Source of the DNA: Antedon mediterranea
Lineage: Eukaryota; Animalia; Echinodermata
Assembly: GCF_964355755.1 (NCBI RefSeq)
Contig: NC_092674.1
Coordinates: 28,892,001-28,956,000 of the forward strand
Direction of reading: 5' to 3'
DNA: 64,000 nt
Each line of letters opens with the position of its first letter. Within the stretch, counting starts at the first letter, position 1. A program made the position numbers and the translations under genes. This document shows positions 53,201 through 64,000 of this stretch, in pieces. The notes under the pieces were generated by a model. That model was given only the letters and a program-made list of their open reading frames with translations, was not told where the DNA came from and did no database searches.

Positions 53201-53589
53201 AAATTCATTGTAATAATAATACATGGCCCATGGGCCAACAGATTTATATGCAGAACAAAGAATTGTTCTTTTATTTTAACAAAAAAAGTCCACAGTTTCA
53301 AAGTTCCTATTTTTAGGCTCTTACTTAGTCTGGCCTAAACTAAAATATGCATTAGGCCTATGCTACCAGACCTATTTAACCATTGGCTCTAGCATATTAG
53401 GAGACTAGATCTGCTGTAAACTAGGCCTAGATCTAGGCCCTATTTTCCTGAGCTAGCCTAGTAGCTAGGCCTAGCCTAGCTAGGTCCAGGCCCAATCAAT
53501 TCATTAATATTATCATAACAATGCAATGTATGCCTATATATATATATATATAACATTTTAGCTTACATACCTCGCTTTACAACATACAT
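32251..53589 (-). CDS. RRM1: Ribonucleoside-diphosphate reductase large subunit (class Ia alpha), 17 coding exons, 788 aa
   Basis: Exons: 53589-53571, 53183-53095, 52571-52394, 51936-51836, 51560-51461, 51108-51032, 50662-50577, 50104-49963, 49707-49624, 49388-49147, 47673-47472, 47042-46893, 46185-45964, 45561-45349, 43625-43530, 37198-37010, 32427-32251. All introns are GT-AG and the total of 2367 nt is in frame. Motifs: ATP cone [51 protein letters not shown]-terminal CLMCGS. Confidence 0.98.
33411..33564. mobile_element. MITE family A copy (RRM1 intron 16)
   Basis: Family A TIR and core. Confidence 0.8.
34925..35313. mobile_element. Two MITE family A copies (34925-35076, 35190-35313)
   Basis: AGCTCTGTCTACAC termini with TAA/TTA flanks. 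Confidence 0.8.
37369..38204. mobile_element. 836-bp non-autonomous P/Galileo-like DNA transposon
   Basis: ~40-bp TIR CAAAGAATATA(A)TATCACAAGAATGAGTA(A/T)TCCGCGATTTT at both ends; perfect 7-bp duplication GTAATAC (37362-37368 and 38205-38211); no transposase ORF. Confidence 0.8.
38798..38959. mobile_element. MITE family A copy with TAA target duplication
   Basis: TAA|AGCTCTGTCTACACT...GACAGAGCT|TAA; followed by a Tigger-like remnant (38960-39090). Confidence 0.85.
39463..39502 (-). ncRNA. Minimal type I hammerhead ribozyme motif in a Penelope-like remnant (~39390-39505)
   Basis: The - strand reads CTC-CTGAAGA-C-GATCAA-AGAAAA-TTGATT-GAAA-CA-TC-GAG; the stem III palindrome reads ACAT instead of ACGT. 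Confidence 0.7.
41622..41782 (-). mobile_element. DeuSINE (Deu/Nin-domain) fragment
   Basis: Reverse complement of the 44860 SINE core (GGATAAGGACTATAAACCGTAGGTCC..TTAAAGAACC..TACCCCGGTGTA). Confidence 0.8.
44068..44190. mobile_element. MITE family A copy
   Basis: Family A left TIR and core. Confidence 0.7.
44722..45254. mobile_element. pogo/Tigger-like MITE hosting a nested SINE
   Basis: TA|CAGTAAACTCTCCCAATACCAGAC at the left end; GGTATTAGGAGAGTTGACTA at the right end. Confidence 0.6.
44860..45225 (+). mobile_element. tRNA-derived SINE with a Deu/Nin-type central domain
   Basis: A box TGGCCGAGCGG 44867, B box GGTTCGAGG ~44921, core ATAAACCGTAGGTCC..TTAAAGAACC..GAGTAGGGG..CCCCGGTGT resembling the DeuSINE domain, A-rich tail. 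A further fragment lies at ~46445-46550 (-). Confidence 0.8.
46595..46795. repeat. 26-bp AT-rich minisatellite, ~7-8 copies (related units at 46230-46300)
   Basis: Unit ATAATCCATCAATACAATATTTATTG. Confidence 0.9.
47862..49072. repeat. 62-bp minisatellite, ~19 copies, RRM1 intron 10
   Basis: Unit AGTTAGGGACACTGAACTTAGCAGAGTTTCCAGTTATGGAGTCTGGATTTGGAAGAGTTGCC; followed by a Tigger-like end TCTGGTATTGGGAGAGTTGACTG near 49100-49121. Confidence 0.95.
50164..50357 (-). mobile_element. Penelope-like remnant with a hammerhead motif (50204-50243) and an inverted duplication
   Basis: The - strand reads GCT-TTGAGGA-C-GATCAA-AGCATA-TTGATC-GAAA-CG-TC-GAG. The 34-bp inverted repeat TACACCACATATATTAGTTC.GAAAAGAACTGTT flanks the motif. 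Homologous to 39390-39505. Confidence 0.7.
51264..51418. mobile_element. pogo/Tigger-like MITE
   Basis: TACAGTAGAAC ... GGGGTTCAACTGT termini with internal TAAGGGACA repeats; related remnant at ~42920-43008. Confidence 0.55.
52600..52905 (-). mobile_element. CR1/L2-group LINE 3' fragment
   Basis: The - strand translates to roughly [28 protein letters not shown], matching the FF.RV..WN.L motif of CR1/L2 ORF2 C-termini, but disrupted. Confidence 0.6.
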
Positions 53590-53679
53590 AGCAGCAGGAG
53601 ACATGATTTACTTTCTTCTCTTTGTATATCAAGAAAGAAAAACACAAACAAACGGAAAATAACGGAGTACACTTCAACC

Positions 53680-53850
53680 GATAACCTTCCCGCTAGGATT
53701 TCAAGCGCGAAATGTACAAGAAAACTGTAATAGGCGCGCGAGTCACACTGCACAAATGAAACGATTACTTCCGGGGTGATCATTGACGTTTCACCGTCGT
53801 TTTGACCAATCATAGAGGAACTAAATAATGGACCACAAAGAGCGCGAAGT
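53680..53850 (-). promoter_or_regulatory. RRM1 promoter with E2F-like, ETS and CCAAT sites
   Basis: TTTCGCGC (- strand, 53705-53712), TTCCCGC 53687, GGCGCGCG 53733, CTTCCGG 53768, CCAAT 53806, GCGCGAA 53842. TATA-less and CpG-rich, as expected for an S-phase gene. Confidence 0.7.
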
Positions 53851-54983
53851 TAAAACAAATTCAACGATTACACACAATCGATCACAAATAAAATGAAATA
53901 CTGTCCCCAATTATCAATAAAAGCGAATTTATTTATCGAATGGTGGTGTGAGAAAAATCACCTTGTCCTCAACTCTATATTGACATCAGAATCAAGAAAA
54001 AACGTGGGCCTAGTCATGATGTTGTTGTAAAATGATGGCGAAAACACAAAATCCTAATAATTCTACAAATTAGCGTGATACCGTTTTGATATGCCGTACT
54101 AGAGGTAGCATAGGCCTAATTAGTTTGTTGCTGCCCAATCATATCTGAGTCGTGCTAATAAATAGCTTGTAATTTTGTATTATATATTTTGCTTACAATA
54201 ATCTTAAATAATCAATTGAATAGAACAAATCCTCATAATATTACATTTTAAAATCAATTTTAAATCACTTATAATAAACCAAATGCAATATTAATTGCAT
54301 TCATGAATATATTAATTTAGGCCCATATTACTTGTACCTATACTGTGTTATTTTTGGTACCATTATTGTCTGTTCTGTAGTGTATGAAACAAACAATTTC
54401 CAATCTTTATGTTTTTATATAAGTTATTGGACAATAAAACTTTTAGAAAAAAAAACGTTGAATTTGATAAGTTACTCATGCGATAATAATTGTAGGCCCT
54501 AATGTTTTAACATTCACACTCAAATAAGTAAATAAAGTTTACTTACAAGTTGCAAAGTACAACACATTCCATAACCCTCAGCTGGATACTATCTCCAGAG
54601 ATGTGTTTGATGAACCCTCCATCAGAGGTTATCTATAAAAAGAAGAGAATGTAGGCCTATTTAAAACGCCGTGTGTAGGCCTATCACTCATGTAAACTCT
54701 TTCTTGTTAAATATTCTCGTGTCAATGTTTGTAAAAATTGTATTTTCTGTAGACTCTCGTCATTGTACAATTCATGTCTTTTAAAAAATAATTATTTAGA
54801 TATTTTTAACTGTAATTTTTCTCAATTTAAATGTATTATTAATAAAATTATTTAAATAATCTTTTTTTTTTCATTTTGTATATATTTATATTGGCTAATG
54901 TTTTATAGTTTAGTTATTCAACCTGTTATTGTTGTTTTACACTGTTGGTTTGAAATAAAGAATAAATTAACAATGTACATGTC

Positions 54984-55410
54984 AACTCAGAATTATGGAC
55001 AATAACCAAAAAAACAAGAGGACGAAATTGACTGTTTCCATAGGAAATTATTAAGAAAAATTTTAAAAATTAAGTGGCTGTACACAATCAGAAATATAGA
55101 ACTACATAGCAGAACGAAAGAACTAAAATGGTCAAACATAATAAGGAAAAGAAAATACAAATAGACCGGACATAATATGCTAAGGCCTCCGATGGACACT
55201 CCAGCCAAATTAGCGTTGACAGAATCCATTCGAAAAGTTAAAAGACCAGTTGGCAGACCAAAAACTACCTAGATAGGAAACATAAATAAAGAACTCAAAA
55301 AGCAAATACATCGATCGCAAAATTAATGACAGACCATCAGACCACCCGAAAGAGAGTCATGGATGGAAACGATTAGCGTACGCAATGTCTACCCAAGACG
55401 AATGTATTTT
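54984..55410 (+). pseudogene. RTE-clade LINE reverse transcriptase C-terminal fragment (decayed)
   Basis: NSELWTITK/(frameshift)EDEIDCFHRKLLRKILKIKW..IRKRKYK*TGH..TPAKLAL..KRPVGRPKTT*; both stops fall at conserved Trp positions. Confidence 0.85.
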
Positions 55411-56129
55411 GTCACTTCTCGATATTAATTATTAACGCCCCGGGCGTTTATTCGAATAAATACGGTATTTAATTTCATTATTGTTCATGCATATTGGTCC
55501 ATCTTTATATATCCCTCTTTTATTTTATGGGACTGCTGTTTGTATTTTGTATATTTCAAATGCAAAAAATACATTTCATTTTACAATATTTTTAGGTCCG
55601 ATCACCCGGCCCACTATTTCAAAACCCCAGATCCACCACTCCTGTACTTAATTACCTGACCTGATATTTTTTTCATATTGATTAAGATAATACAATAGGC
55701 CTATTAAGTATTATTGTTTTATTTCATTGGCAACATAAAATAATATTTATTATTCTCTATAAACTGAAGAGGTACACACACACACCCACTCAACATTATT
55801 GATTAGGAATTGTATTTGTAATCATCCAATGAAAGACGAATAATGTTGGAATTTCCCAAGAAAAAAACACAGTTTTACGTGGCCGGATATTGATTTAAAC
55901 TACTAGTCACGTCATGACAGATTCACACGCATATATAAAAATATTATGCTATCAGGAATAGTTCTCGCAGCAGTTGGGTGCAGGTAGCCATGCCTGGTCC
56001 AAGAAAATGTGAATCGATTTATACTGCAGGTTGGTAGTGTTACATATTTATTGATCGACTTCTTTTTGTGACCTCCTTCCTTACTGTGACCTCGGACACT
56101 CACCCCTATATCATGTTACATCCAGGGAC

Positions 56130-57770
56130 CAGGGGTGGCGCCAGGATCTTCCCGACGCGGGGGCTACATTCCCCGACGAGGGGGGCTATGCGAGCGAAGC
56201 GAGCATCACTAGGCTGGGGGCCAGGGGGCCGCCAAGGGCCCCCGGTGGGGGTCCAGGGGGCGGAGCCCCCGGAAGCAACGCGTTCTAGCGTCATTTGAGG
56301 TCATTTTAATCAGATTTAGGATAGCCATTTTTTCCATTTTTTATAATGCATAAATAAAATACTGCGTGCAAAAAAACGATGCGCGATGACTGTTTCAATC
56401 CATATTTTTCAATTTAAAAAATAAAAGTTCAAAGAAAATTTAGAAAAATAGAGTTGGAGGTCCCGGAAATTGGACTTAATATACTTCAAAACATGAAACA
56501 AAATATATAATAAGTCCCTATCATGGTTGTGACTGGGCTAAGAAATGTTTGAAAAATAGAGATGTTAGGTCCCGGAAAATGCACTTCTTGTACTTCGAAA
56601 TATGACCAGCTTTATTGTTGGGGCTGAGCTAAGAAACTGTTTAAAACTAGAGCTGCGGGTCTTCAAAAAATTGCATTTTATACTTTGGAAACATCAGGCC
56701 TAGAGGCTTAAGAAACGCAAGCGTAGACCTTTTTCAGTCGGGGAAATAAGTTTATTCCTCCCAAGTGTATGCGTGCGTACTATCTGGACTTCCGAGTGGT
56801 GAGAAATTCATGACATACAGGACATTGAAAATGTAATAACTTAGCTATAATAAGATGTTGGCTAAGCAAAAATGGCATGTTTTTTTGTTTAGTAATGGAT
56901 GAAAAATTTATTTTAGGTGCCCCACGGTACAGAAGGTTACTTGTAAATTAAAAAATTGGTGAACATACGTACGAACAATTAACATAATTCGTTTTTGCTG
57001 TAGTGTAGCGTACGTCGACGCAGTACACGACGTAACCGTAAGTAAACTTCGCCTGGAAAATAACTACAGTACACATTTTGGTCCCTGGATGGAACATGAT
57101 ATCACGCGTCTCGACCCAACGTTGAACGATTCGTACAAAGGGATACCGCCAGACAAGTGCGAACCTAGCTATTGTTTAGTAGTAAGTTAGGTCGCTGGCA
57201 ATAATGAATGCATATAAAGTGCATAATATCACTCTGACGTACTCTCACGGTCAATGAAACGTCGCGGTTTTCTAGGCGCTGAAGCTAGCTACGAAGTGAA
57301 CGCGAACGCTTTTTACTGTATATTATATTCCCCGACAAAAAGTACCCGTGTTCCCTTCGGTAACCGTCGGTAAACTTCGCCTGGAAAATAACTACATTAC
57401 ACATTTTGGTCCCTGTATGGAACTTGATATCACGCGTCTCGACCCAACGTTGAACGATTCGTACAAAGGGATACCGCCAGACAAGTGCGTACCTAGCTAA
57501 TGTTTAGTAGTAAGTTAGATCGCTGGCAATAAATGAATGCATAAAAGTGCATAATAGCCCTCTGACGTACTCTCACGGTCAAACAATGGAACGTCGTGGT
57601 TTTCTAGGCGCTGAAGCATGAAGTGAACGCGAACGTTTTTTACTGTATATTATATTCCCCGACAAAAAGTACCCGTGTTCCCCGACGGGGGGAGGGGGGG
57701 CTAGGCTCCCCGACGAGGGGGTTAGAGCCCCCGTAGCCCCCCCCCCCCCCCCCCGCTGGCGCCACCACTG
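56130..57770. mobile_element. 1641-bp non-autonomous hAT transposon
   Basis: TIR CAGGGGTGGCGCCAG / CTGGCGCCACCACTG; perfect 8-bp TSD CCAGGGAC (56122-56129, 57771-57778); GC-rich subterminal regions; internal 2x ~328-bp direct repeat (57032, 57360). Confidence 0.9.
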
Positions 57771-57819
57771 CCAGGGACCAACAATTTGTATTTATTTTTC
57801 ATGTGAAAATCGGCAACCA

Positions 57820-57863
57820 ATTCAGATACGTATCGCTAGACGTACGCCTATACACGGAAGAAG
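57820..57863 (+). other. Probable non-coding first exon of the sacsin-like gene
   Basis: CpG-rich patch with CGGAAG ending in the donor AAG|GTATGA. The first coding exon has an acceptor TTTCCAG at 59558, so an upstream exon is needed. The start position is approximate. Confidence 0.45.
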
Positions 57864-58149
57864 GTATGAGTTATTAACGAACGAGTTTACGAATGTTTCA
57901 ATTTACAAATAACCTTTGTAGGAAGTTTCAGAGATGAGGGTGAGGTATTGGGCATATGGGGGATGGGGGTTCCAGTCGGTATGTTTGTTTGCAAAAGAAA
58001 CGAAACGAAAGACTTTTGTTGTTGTCTATAGTGTGTGGGTTCGTTTTGTGTTAAGTTATGTTGTATTCTTCAGTATTGAACATGATCGGTATTTTGTTTG
58101 GTTCCATTGTATGGAACGCGGTTTACGCAAAATGTCGATGATATGAATC

Positions 58150-59215
58150 CTGACGCGGTGTGAATGAAATGCATCGCGATGATATGAATTTAATGAGGCT
58201 ATGTGAATGAAATGCATCGCGATGACATGAATTTAATGACGCGGTGTGAATGAAATTCATCGGGCGATGACATTAATAAAAACGCGATGTGAATGAAATG
58301 CATCGCGATGATACGAATTTAATGACGCGATGTGATAAATGCATCGCGATGACATGAATTTAAAGACGCGATGTGAATGAAATGCATCGCGATGACATGA
58401 ATTTAATGACGCGATGTGAATGAAATGCATCGCGATGATATGAATTTAATGACGCGATGTGAATGAAATGCATCGCGATGATATGAATTTAATGACGCGA
58501 TGTGAATGAAATGCATCGCGATGACATGAATTTAAAGACGCGATGTGAAAGAAATGCATCGCGATGACATGAATTTAAAGACGCGATGTGAATGAAATGC
58601 ATCGCGATGATATGAATTTAATGACGCGATGTGAATGAAATGCATCGCGATGATATGAATTTAATGACGCGATGTGAATGAAATGCATCGCGACGATATG
58701 AATTTAATGACGCGATGTGATTGAAATGCATCGCGATGACATGATTTTAAAGACGCGATGTGAATGAAATGCATCGCGATGACATGAATTTAATGACGCG
58801 ATGTGAATGAAATGCATCGCGATGATATGAATTTAATGACGCGATGTGAATGAAATGCATCGCGATGATATGAATTTAATGACGCGATGTGAATGAAATG
58901 CATCGCGATGATATGAATTTAACGACGCGATGTGAATGAAATGCATCGCGATGACATTAATTTAATGACGCGATGTGAATGAAATGCATCGCGATGATAT
59001 GCATTTAATGACGCGATGTGAATGAAATGCATCGCGATGATATGCATTTAATGACGCGATGTGAATGACATACATCGTGATGATATGAATTTAATGACGC
59101 GATGTGAATGAAATGCATCGCGCGATGATGGATTTTATGACGCGATGTGAATAAAATGCATCGCGATGATATGGATTTAATGACGCGATGTGATTAAAAT
59201 CGTATATGCATCGAT
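58150..59215. repeat. 43-bp CpG-rich minisatellite, ~24 copies
   Basis: Unit GACGCGATGTGAATGAAATGCATCGCGATGATATGAATTTAAT; inverted degenerate units at 59216-59350. Confidence 0.95.
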
Positions 59216-59587
59216 ATGAATTTCATCATTATCAATCATTCACATCGAAACACCATTCGTATCACCGATATGCATTTAATTCACATCGAAACAAATTTTC
59301 TGTATCATAAAGCATTAAGTCCACATCGCGACAAAATTCATATCAATGCACTATATTATGTCCTTGGACTGTTTTCGATTGAACATTTGAATAAAGGCTG
59401 TATTTTGTAGCATTATGCCCACTTTTCATGCACACAAGAGCAGTTAATTCTTCAGGCCTAATGCCTATTGCTTGCTGCTGTGTGCTTAATAGGCCTAAAA
59501 TAGTATAATTCTACATTTTCATCTAGTTACAATTATATAATTATTTACCAATTTCCAGATGACTAACAACAGCAAATCTCAGCCGTG

Positions 59588-62500
59588 ATGTCTAGTAAAG
59601 TTAAGGGTAAAGGTATGTAAAATCACATTCCCTCTCTTCCTTTGCCACATTCCTCAACTTACAGATGAGATCGAGTCAATGAAATAATAATTATTATAAT
59701 AATGGTAGTCACTCTTATATATCGCTTAAATGTCTTCAACTTGATTGTCTTGCTTTCAATATAATGCAATATTTCTAAACGCTTTACACTCGCACACACA
59801 CACAAATATCCTAATAAGCAATGATAATTTGTTAGGCCTAATGTTCATAATTGTAATATGATTGTATGATAATTATTTTAGTACCACTTTTTTTCTTAGA
59901 CAACTATAGATTTGGCCAGAGAGAGCCTCCGTTGGTTGACTATGTGAAACAAATACTTCGAAATTACACAGGTGGTCAGTTGTTGAAGGTAAATAAAATC
60001 ATCGTTATTTATACAGTATCTTATTTAATTGGCTCAATACAAAATATTTTATATAGAGTTTGTATAATTAGCGCAGCATACAGGAAGTAATTGTCATATT
60101 CCAAAAGTGTCCACGAACGTACACCACTTACACTGATCAGATAGGAATGTACAAATATAGGCATTCGAATATTTGTTAATGTCTAATTATATAGAGTGTA
60201 GGCCAGCTCATTCTATTATTATTAATTTATAATAAATAATGTTAAATCCAAAGGCAAAATACTGAAAAAATGACAATGCTGTGGGTATCAGTGGCTGGAT
60301 CAATGGAGATACAAAAACAAGCGAAAAGCTAAATCAAAACGATAAAGTAAAACAGCCAGAAAGTTAGCAGAGCTTTCAACCAACACTAATATAATTTTAA
60401 TATACATTTCTATATAAAGGAGTTGACACAGAATGCAGATGATGCCGGTGCTGCGACGATCAAGTTGTTATACGATGGACGACAACACGGTACAGATAAT
60501 CTGTATTGCGATGAAGGAGCCGGTGATCTGTCACCTTATCAAGGACCAGCTTTGTGTGCATTCAATGATGCTACATTTCAAGAAAGTGACTGGAATAGCA
60601 TACAGAATTTGTCGAGATCTGGAAAGAAGGATGATCCAACGAAAGTTGGTCGTTTTGGAATGGGATTTGTGTCCGTATATCATTTGACAGGTAAGCTTAC
60701 ACAGCAGAGTCATAAAATTGCCATTACAATCCTATGCTATAATGCATATTTCTGTCTATATTATTATTATTATATGGTAGATTGAAATAGTTTGCACTTA
60801 CCGTATTTGTATGTACATTTTTCTGTTACTCAGTTCATCTAATTCTAGAAATCATGGTTATTACTTTGCACCTTACATACACTACCTGTAATATATTTTT
60901 TTTAAACCTTATTTTTCAATGCCTAATCATGTGTCATGTAAGCTCAGACGCAGCAAAAGAGAACTAACGATAACTAAACCTATGCTTTCTGTGTTTTTAT
61001 AATGTTGTACTGTGGACATGAAAACAATTCTCAAAAGTCGTTTAGATATGTAATCCATGAGTTTTAGAAATGGGATTTTTTTTAAATTTGTTTCACTTAC
61101 TGCTTTCTCTACACATCAGTATTTTTAATATTATTCAACTTTTGTCTTTTTTCTATGTTTGTTTAATAATTAATTTCAGATATTCCAAGTATTGTCAGTG
61201 GAGATCATTTTGCATTTATGGATCCTAGTGAGACATTGTTTATGCATGAAGGTAGAGTAGAGCGGGGCCGGCAATTTCACAAGAGCAATCCTGTTTTTAA
61301 AAACAGTAAATCCTCAGACACATTTGCACCTTATAAACATCTGTTCAACGATCATCCAGGTCTAGTAGAAGGAGAGTCTTTCTCAGGAGCAATGTTTCGC
61401 TTTCCTCTTCGAAATCGACGATCAACGATTTCAGAAGAGACAATAGATGGTGAAGAAGTAAGGAAACTTTTTAAATTATTTGTTGATGATGCAAAAATAC
61501 TACTTCTATTTCTGAAGAACATAAGTAGTATATCTGTTGGAGAGAGATTCACTGAAATGGAAAAACCGTTATTTTCTGCACGAATATCAGCTGCAACTAA
61601 TGACTTAGTTAAGGAAAAGAGGAAAGAAATACTATCATCCATAAGAGGTTGGAAACAGCAAAAACACAAACAACAATTCTTAACATTTCCGATGAATATT
61701 CAAGTAGAATTACTTGAGAATGAGAATGTTACAGCTACAGAATATAAATGGCATGTGAGTGTTTATTTGGGTAAACTAGATCGAAAATCAAAAATGTTGA
61801 CATTAGCAAAAGAACTTGATCGACTTCCACTTGCTGGCGTCGCCATGCAAGTTTCCACAAGCAACGTGGTGCAGGCAATTGAGGGCAGAACATTCTGCTT
61901 TCTTCCACTCCCAGCAGAGGAGAACTACAGTGGGTTACCAGTACATGTCAATGCAGATTTTGTTGTTAGTGATGACCGTCGCTCAATCAAATGGCCCCTT
62001 AAAGATCGTAATGATACTATGTCTAGATGGAATCACCTACTACTACAGGAAGTTGTTCCAAAAGCTTACATGAAACTCATTCAAGAAGCCATTGAGCTGC
62101 AAAAAAAAGGAAAATGTTCAGTTAAATGTGTTTATCAGACTTGGCCTGATATGGAGAAGGTGACTTCCCCTTGGAAAGAAGTAATGTGCCGTGAACTTTT
62201 CAAGATGTTACTGGAGGAAAAAGTTTTCTTTACTGAGGCTTGTAATGGTAGTTGGATAAATATTGACACTGCAATATTCGATCTTCAAGAAGACATTCCA
62301 GAAGTAACACAACACCTTATTTTGCAGCTTCTTTGGGAGCAGAAGAAACCGGTTGTCTCCATTAAAAACTATCCAAATGTCATGAAGGCACTTGAGAATT
62401 CCAGAAAACGCCATATCACTCCTAAACTTGTTCGTGACACTCTACGTGGGGTTTCTTTAGGCAACCTTACCAGTCAAGAAAAGATCAATCTTTTAGAGTA

Positions 62501-64000
62501 CTTACTAGCTGATGATGATTTCAATGATCTGCAAGGATTTGAGTTGCTGCCTCTCGCCAATGGATCGTTTTGTGAGTTCGCATCTGGAGAAACTAATGTG
62601 ATTTTCTCTGTATCAAGTGAATGCTCAATGGATCTATTACCAGGTTTAAGTCACAGATTCATTCAAGAGGACCTTAAAGTTTCATTGAAAAAGAAAATTA
62701 AAGATGGAAGCAATAGAACAGGTAAGTTAACACTGTCTTCTACATTTTAGAATTTGTATTTTCCTCGCATTTACAACTAAAATGTGTGTAATCTTCGACA
62801 AAAGAATTAAAATAGGTTGCGAAAAGTGCGACAGGGTTGTCTACTCCCGCAATCTAAGCTACCCTAAATGTGTCTGTGTAACAAATACAAATTTAGAAGT
62901 AATGTAAAGTTATTATTATGATCCAGCAGAGTACCAAATTGATGGCACTGATGTTAGATTATTTCCTTCCAGTTCTGGGGTCAATACCAGAATGTGCAAT
63001 ATGAAATATTCTTTGCACTTAATATAATCACTGTATTTCCGCATAAAAATTAAATATATATTAATTTATTACTGAAAATCATATAACTGAATAAACTGAT
63101 CTTGTGCCTGAAAATTGAGGGTCCTCTTTGGTGATTGTACACATTGTAATATGCATTGGACCAAAGGAAAACTGTTAGTCTATATAACCGTGGGTATTTT
63201 TATCGGACTTACAGAAGATTTAACTTTACTAACTCTAACAAATACCCCAGTGCAGGTACTTTTCTGATAGCCCGCACCACACCATACCAAAGTAGTTTAA
63301 AACCTTCTCAGTACAAATTCCGGTCATTGTTGTTGATAACCCATCACTTACAACCTGCAACCCCTTCGTGGCAGTTTTTAAATGTGAATTCATCTCCAGT
63401 ACAATTTCAGTCATTTATCACACTCCATTACTCCCCTAAACACCAACCCATTTCCCGGTGTAATACATGCGGATAATGTTCAAATTTCATTTCCCAGTAC
63501 AATTACGATCATTTTGATACCGTATGCTAATGTATGTTCGCAGTAGAACAAATTTGGGTGACTCGCCCTTTCTCTTTTTCTCATAATTTATAGATTGCAT
63601 ATATGTGCATACATTTAAATAAATAAACTTGAGTCAGTCAAATTTGTTGAGACTCTATATGATTCATGATATGTATATATTCTTCATGAAACAGTATGCG
63701 TGCAATACATTGTTGATATGTAAACTTGAGTTGCATGCAGATTATATTAACATCAATATATTCTCTATTTCCAGGTATAAAACAGGTTCGAGAGCTGAAA
63801 CCAAACATGATTCCAACTTTAATCAAAGAAGCATTGCCACATGATTGGTTAACCAACCCATGTGTTATTTGGCATCCTGGCCATTATGGCCATCCTCCAT
63901 TCAGCTGGCTTGAAATATTTTGGAATTTCCTTCAACGATCTGGTAAAAGCATCTGTTCATATGAAGGTATTACACTTATCCCTACGAACCTCAATCATGA
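59588..64000 (+). CDS. Sacsin-like protein, 5' part; exons 59588-59612, 59900-59988, 60420-60690, 61180-62721, 63775->64000
   Basis: Spliced product [111 protein letters not shown]..WN, which is the sacsin SR1 (Hsp90-like GHKL) and SR2 region. GT-AG junctions are in phase and the frame is open to the window end. Confidence 0.93.
60285..60385 (-). mobile_element. Penelope-like remnant (second family), homologous to 14557-14645 (+)
   Basis: Shared ACTTTATCGTTTTGATTT..CCATTG(A)GATCCAG(T/C)CACTGATA. This copy keeps the hammerhead 3' half GAAAGCTC, and the 14557 copy keeps the 5' half-like CACTGATAAGGGC. Confidence 0.5.

Noticed and set aside
32251-53589. Viral or horizontally acquired RNR
   Set aside because: It has 16 spliceosomal introns and a typical metazoan sequence and promoter
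56068-56298. GC-rich ORFs on both strands
   Set aside because: They lie in the GC-rich subterminal region of the hAT element and have no transposase motifs

Overview
AT-rich, intron-containing animal genomic DNA. It is probably an invertebrate deuterostome such as an echinoderm, inferred from Deu-domain SINEs and conserved RRM1 intron positions. Four protein-coding genes are supported. (1) The 5' part of a C3HC4 RING-finger gene on the - strand runs off the left edge. (2) An intronless 212-aa PH-domain gene (+) has a TATA/Inr/AP-1/CRE promoter and a C-terminal PP2A-B56-type docking motif. (3) A complete 17-exon ribonucleotide reductase large subunit gene RRM1 (-) encodes 788 aa. (4) The 5' part of a sacsin-like gene (+) lacks an N-terminal UBL domain and has a uORF overlapping its start codon. 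The remainder, including ~26 kb with no recognisable gene, is dense with non-autonomous transposons: two Harbinger/Tourist-like MITE families, pogo/Tigger-like MITEs, a hAT element, Helentron/DINE-1-like elements, DeuSINEs, RTE and CR1-like fragments, Penelope-type hammerhead remnants and several minisatellites. The most unusual signals are a P/Galileo-like element with a GTANTAC target duplication plus two 36-38 bp CA..TG palindromes with 7-bp duplications that look like P-type excision footprints, and sense-strand minimal hammerhead ribozyme remnants in RRM1 introns. No CRISPR or prokaryotic system is present. All calls were made by eye, and repeat boundaries are approximate.
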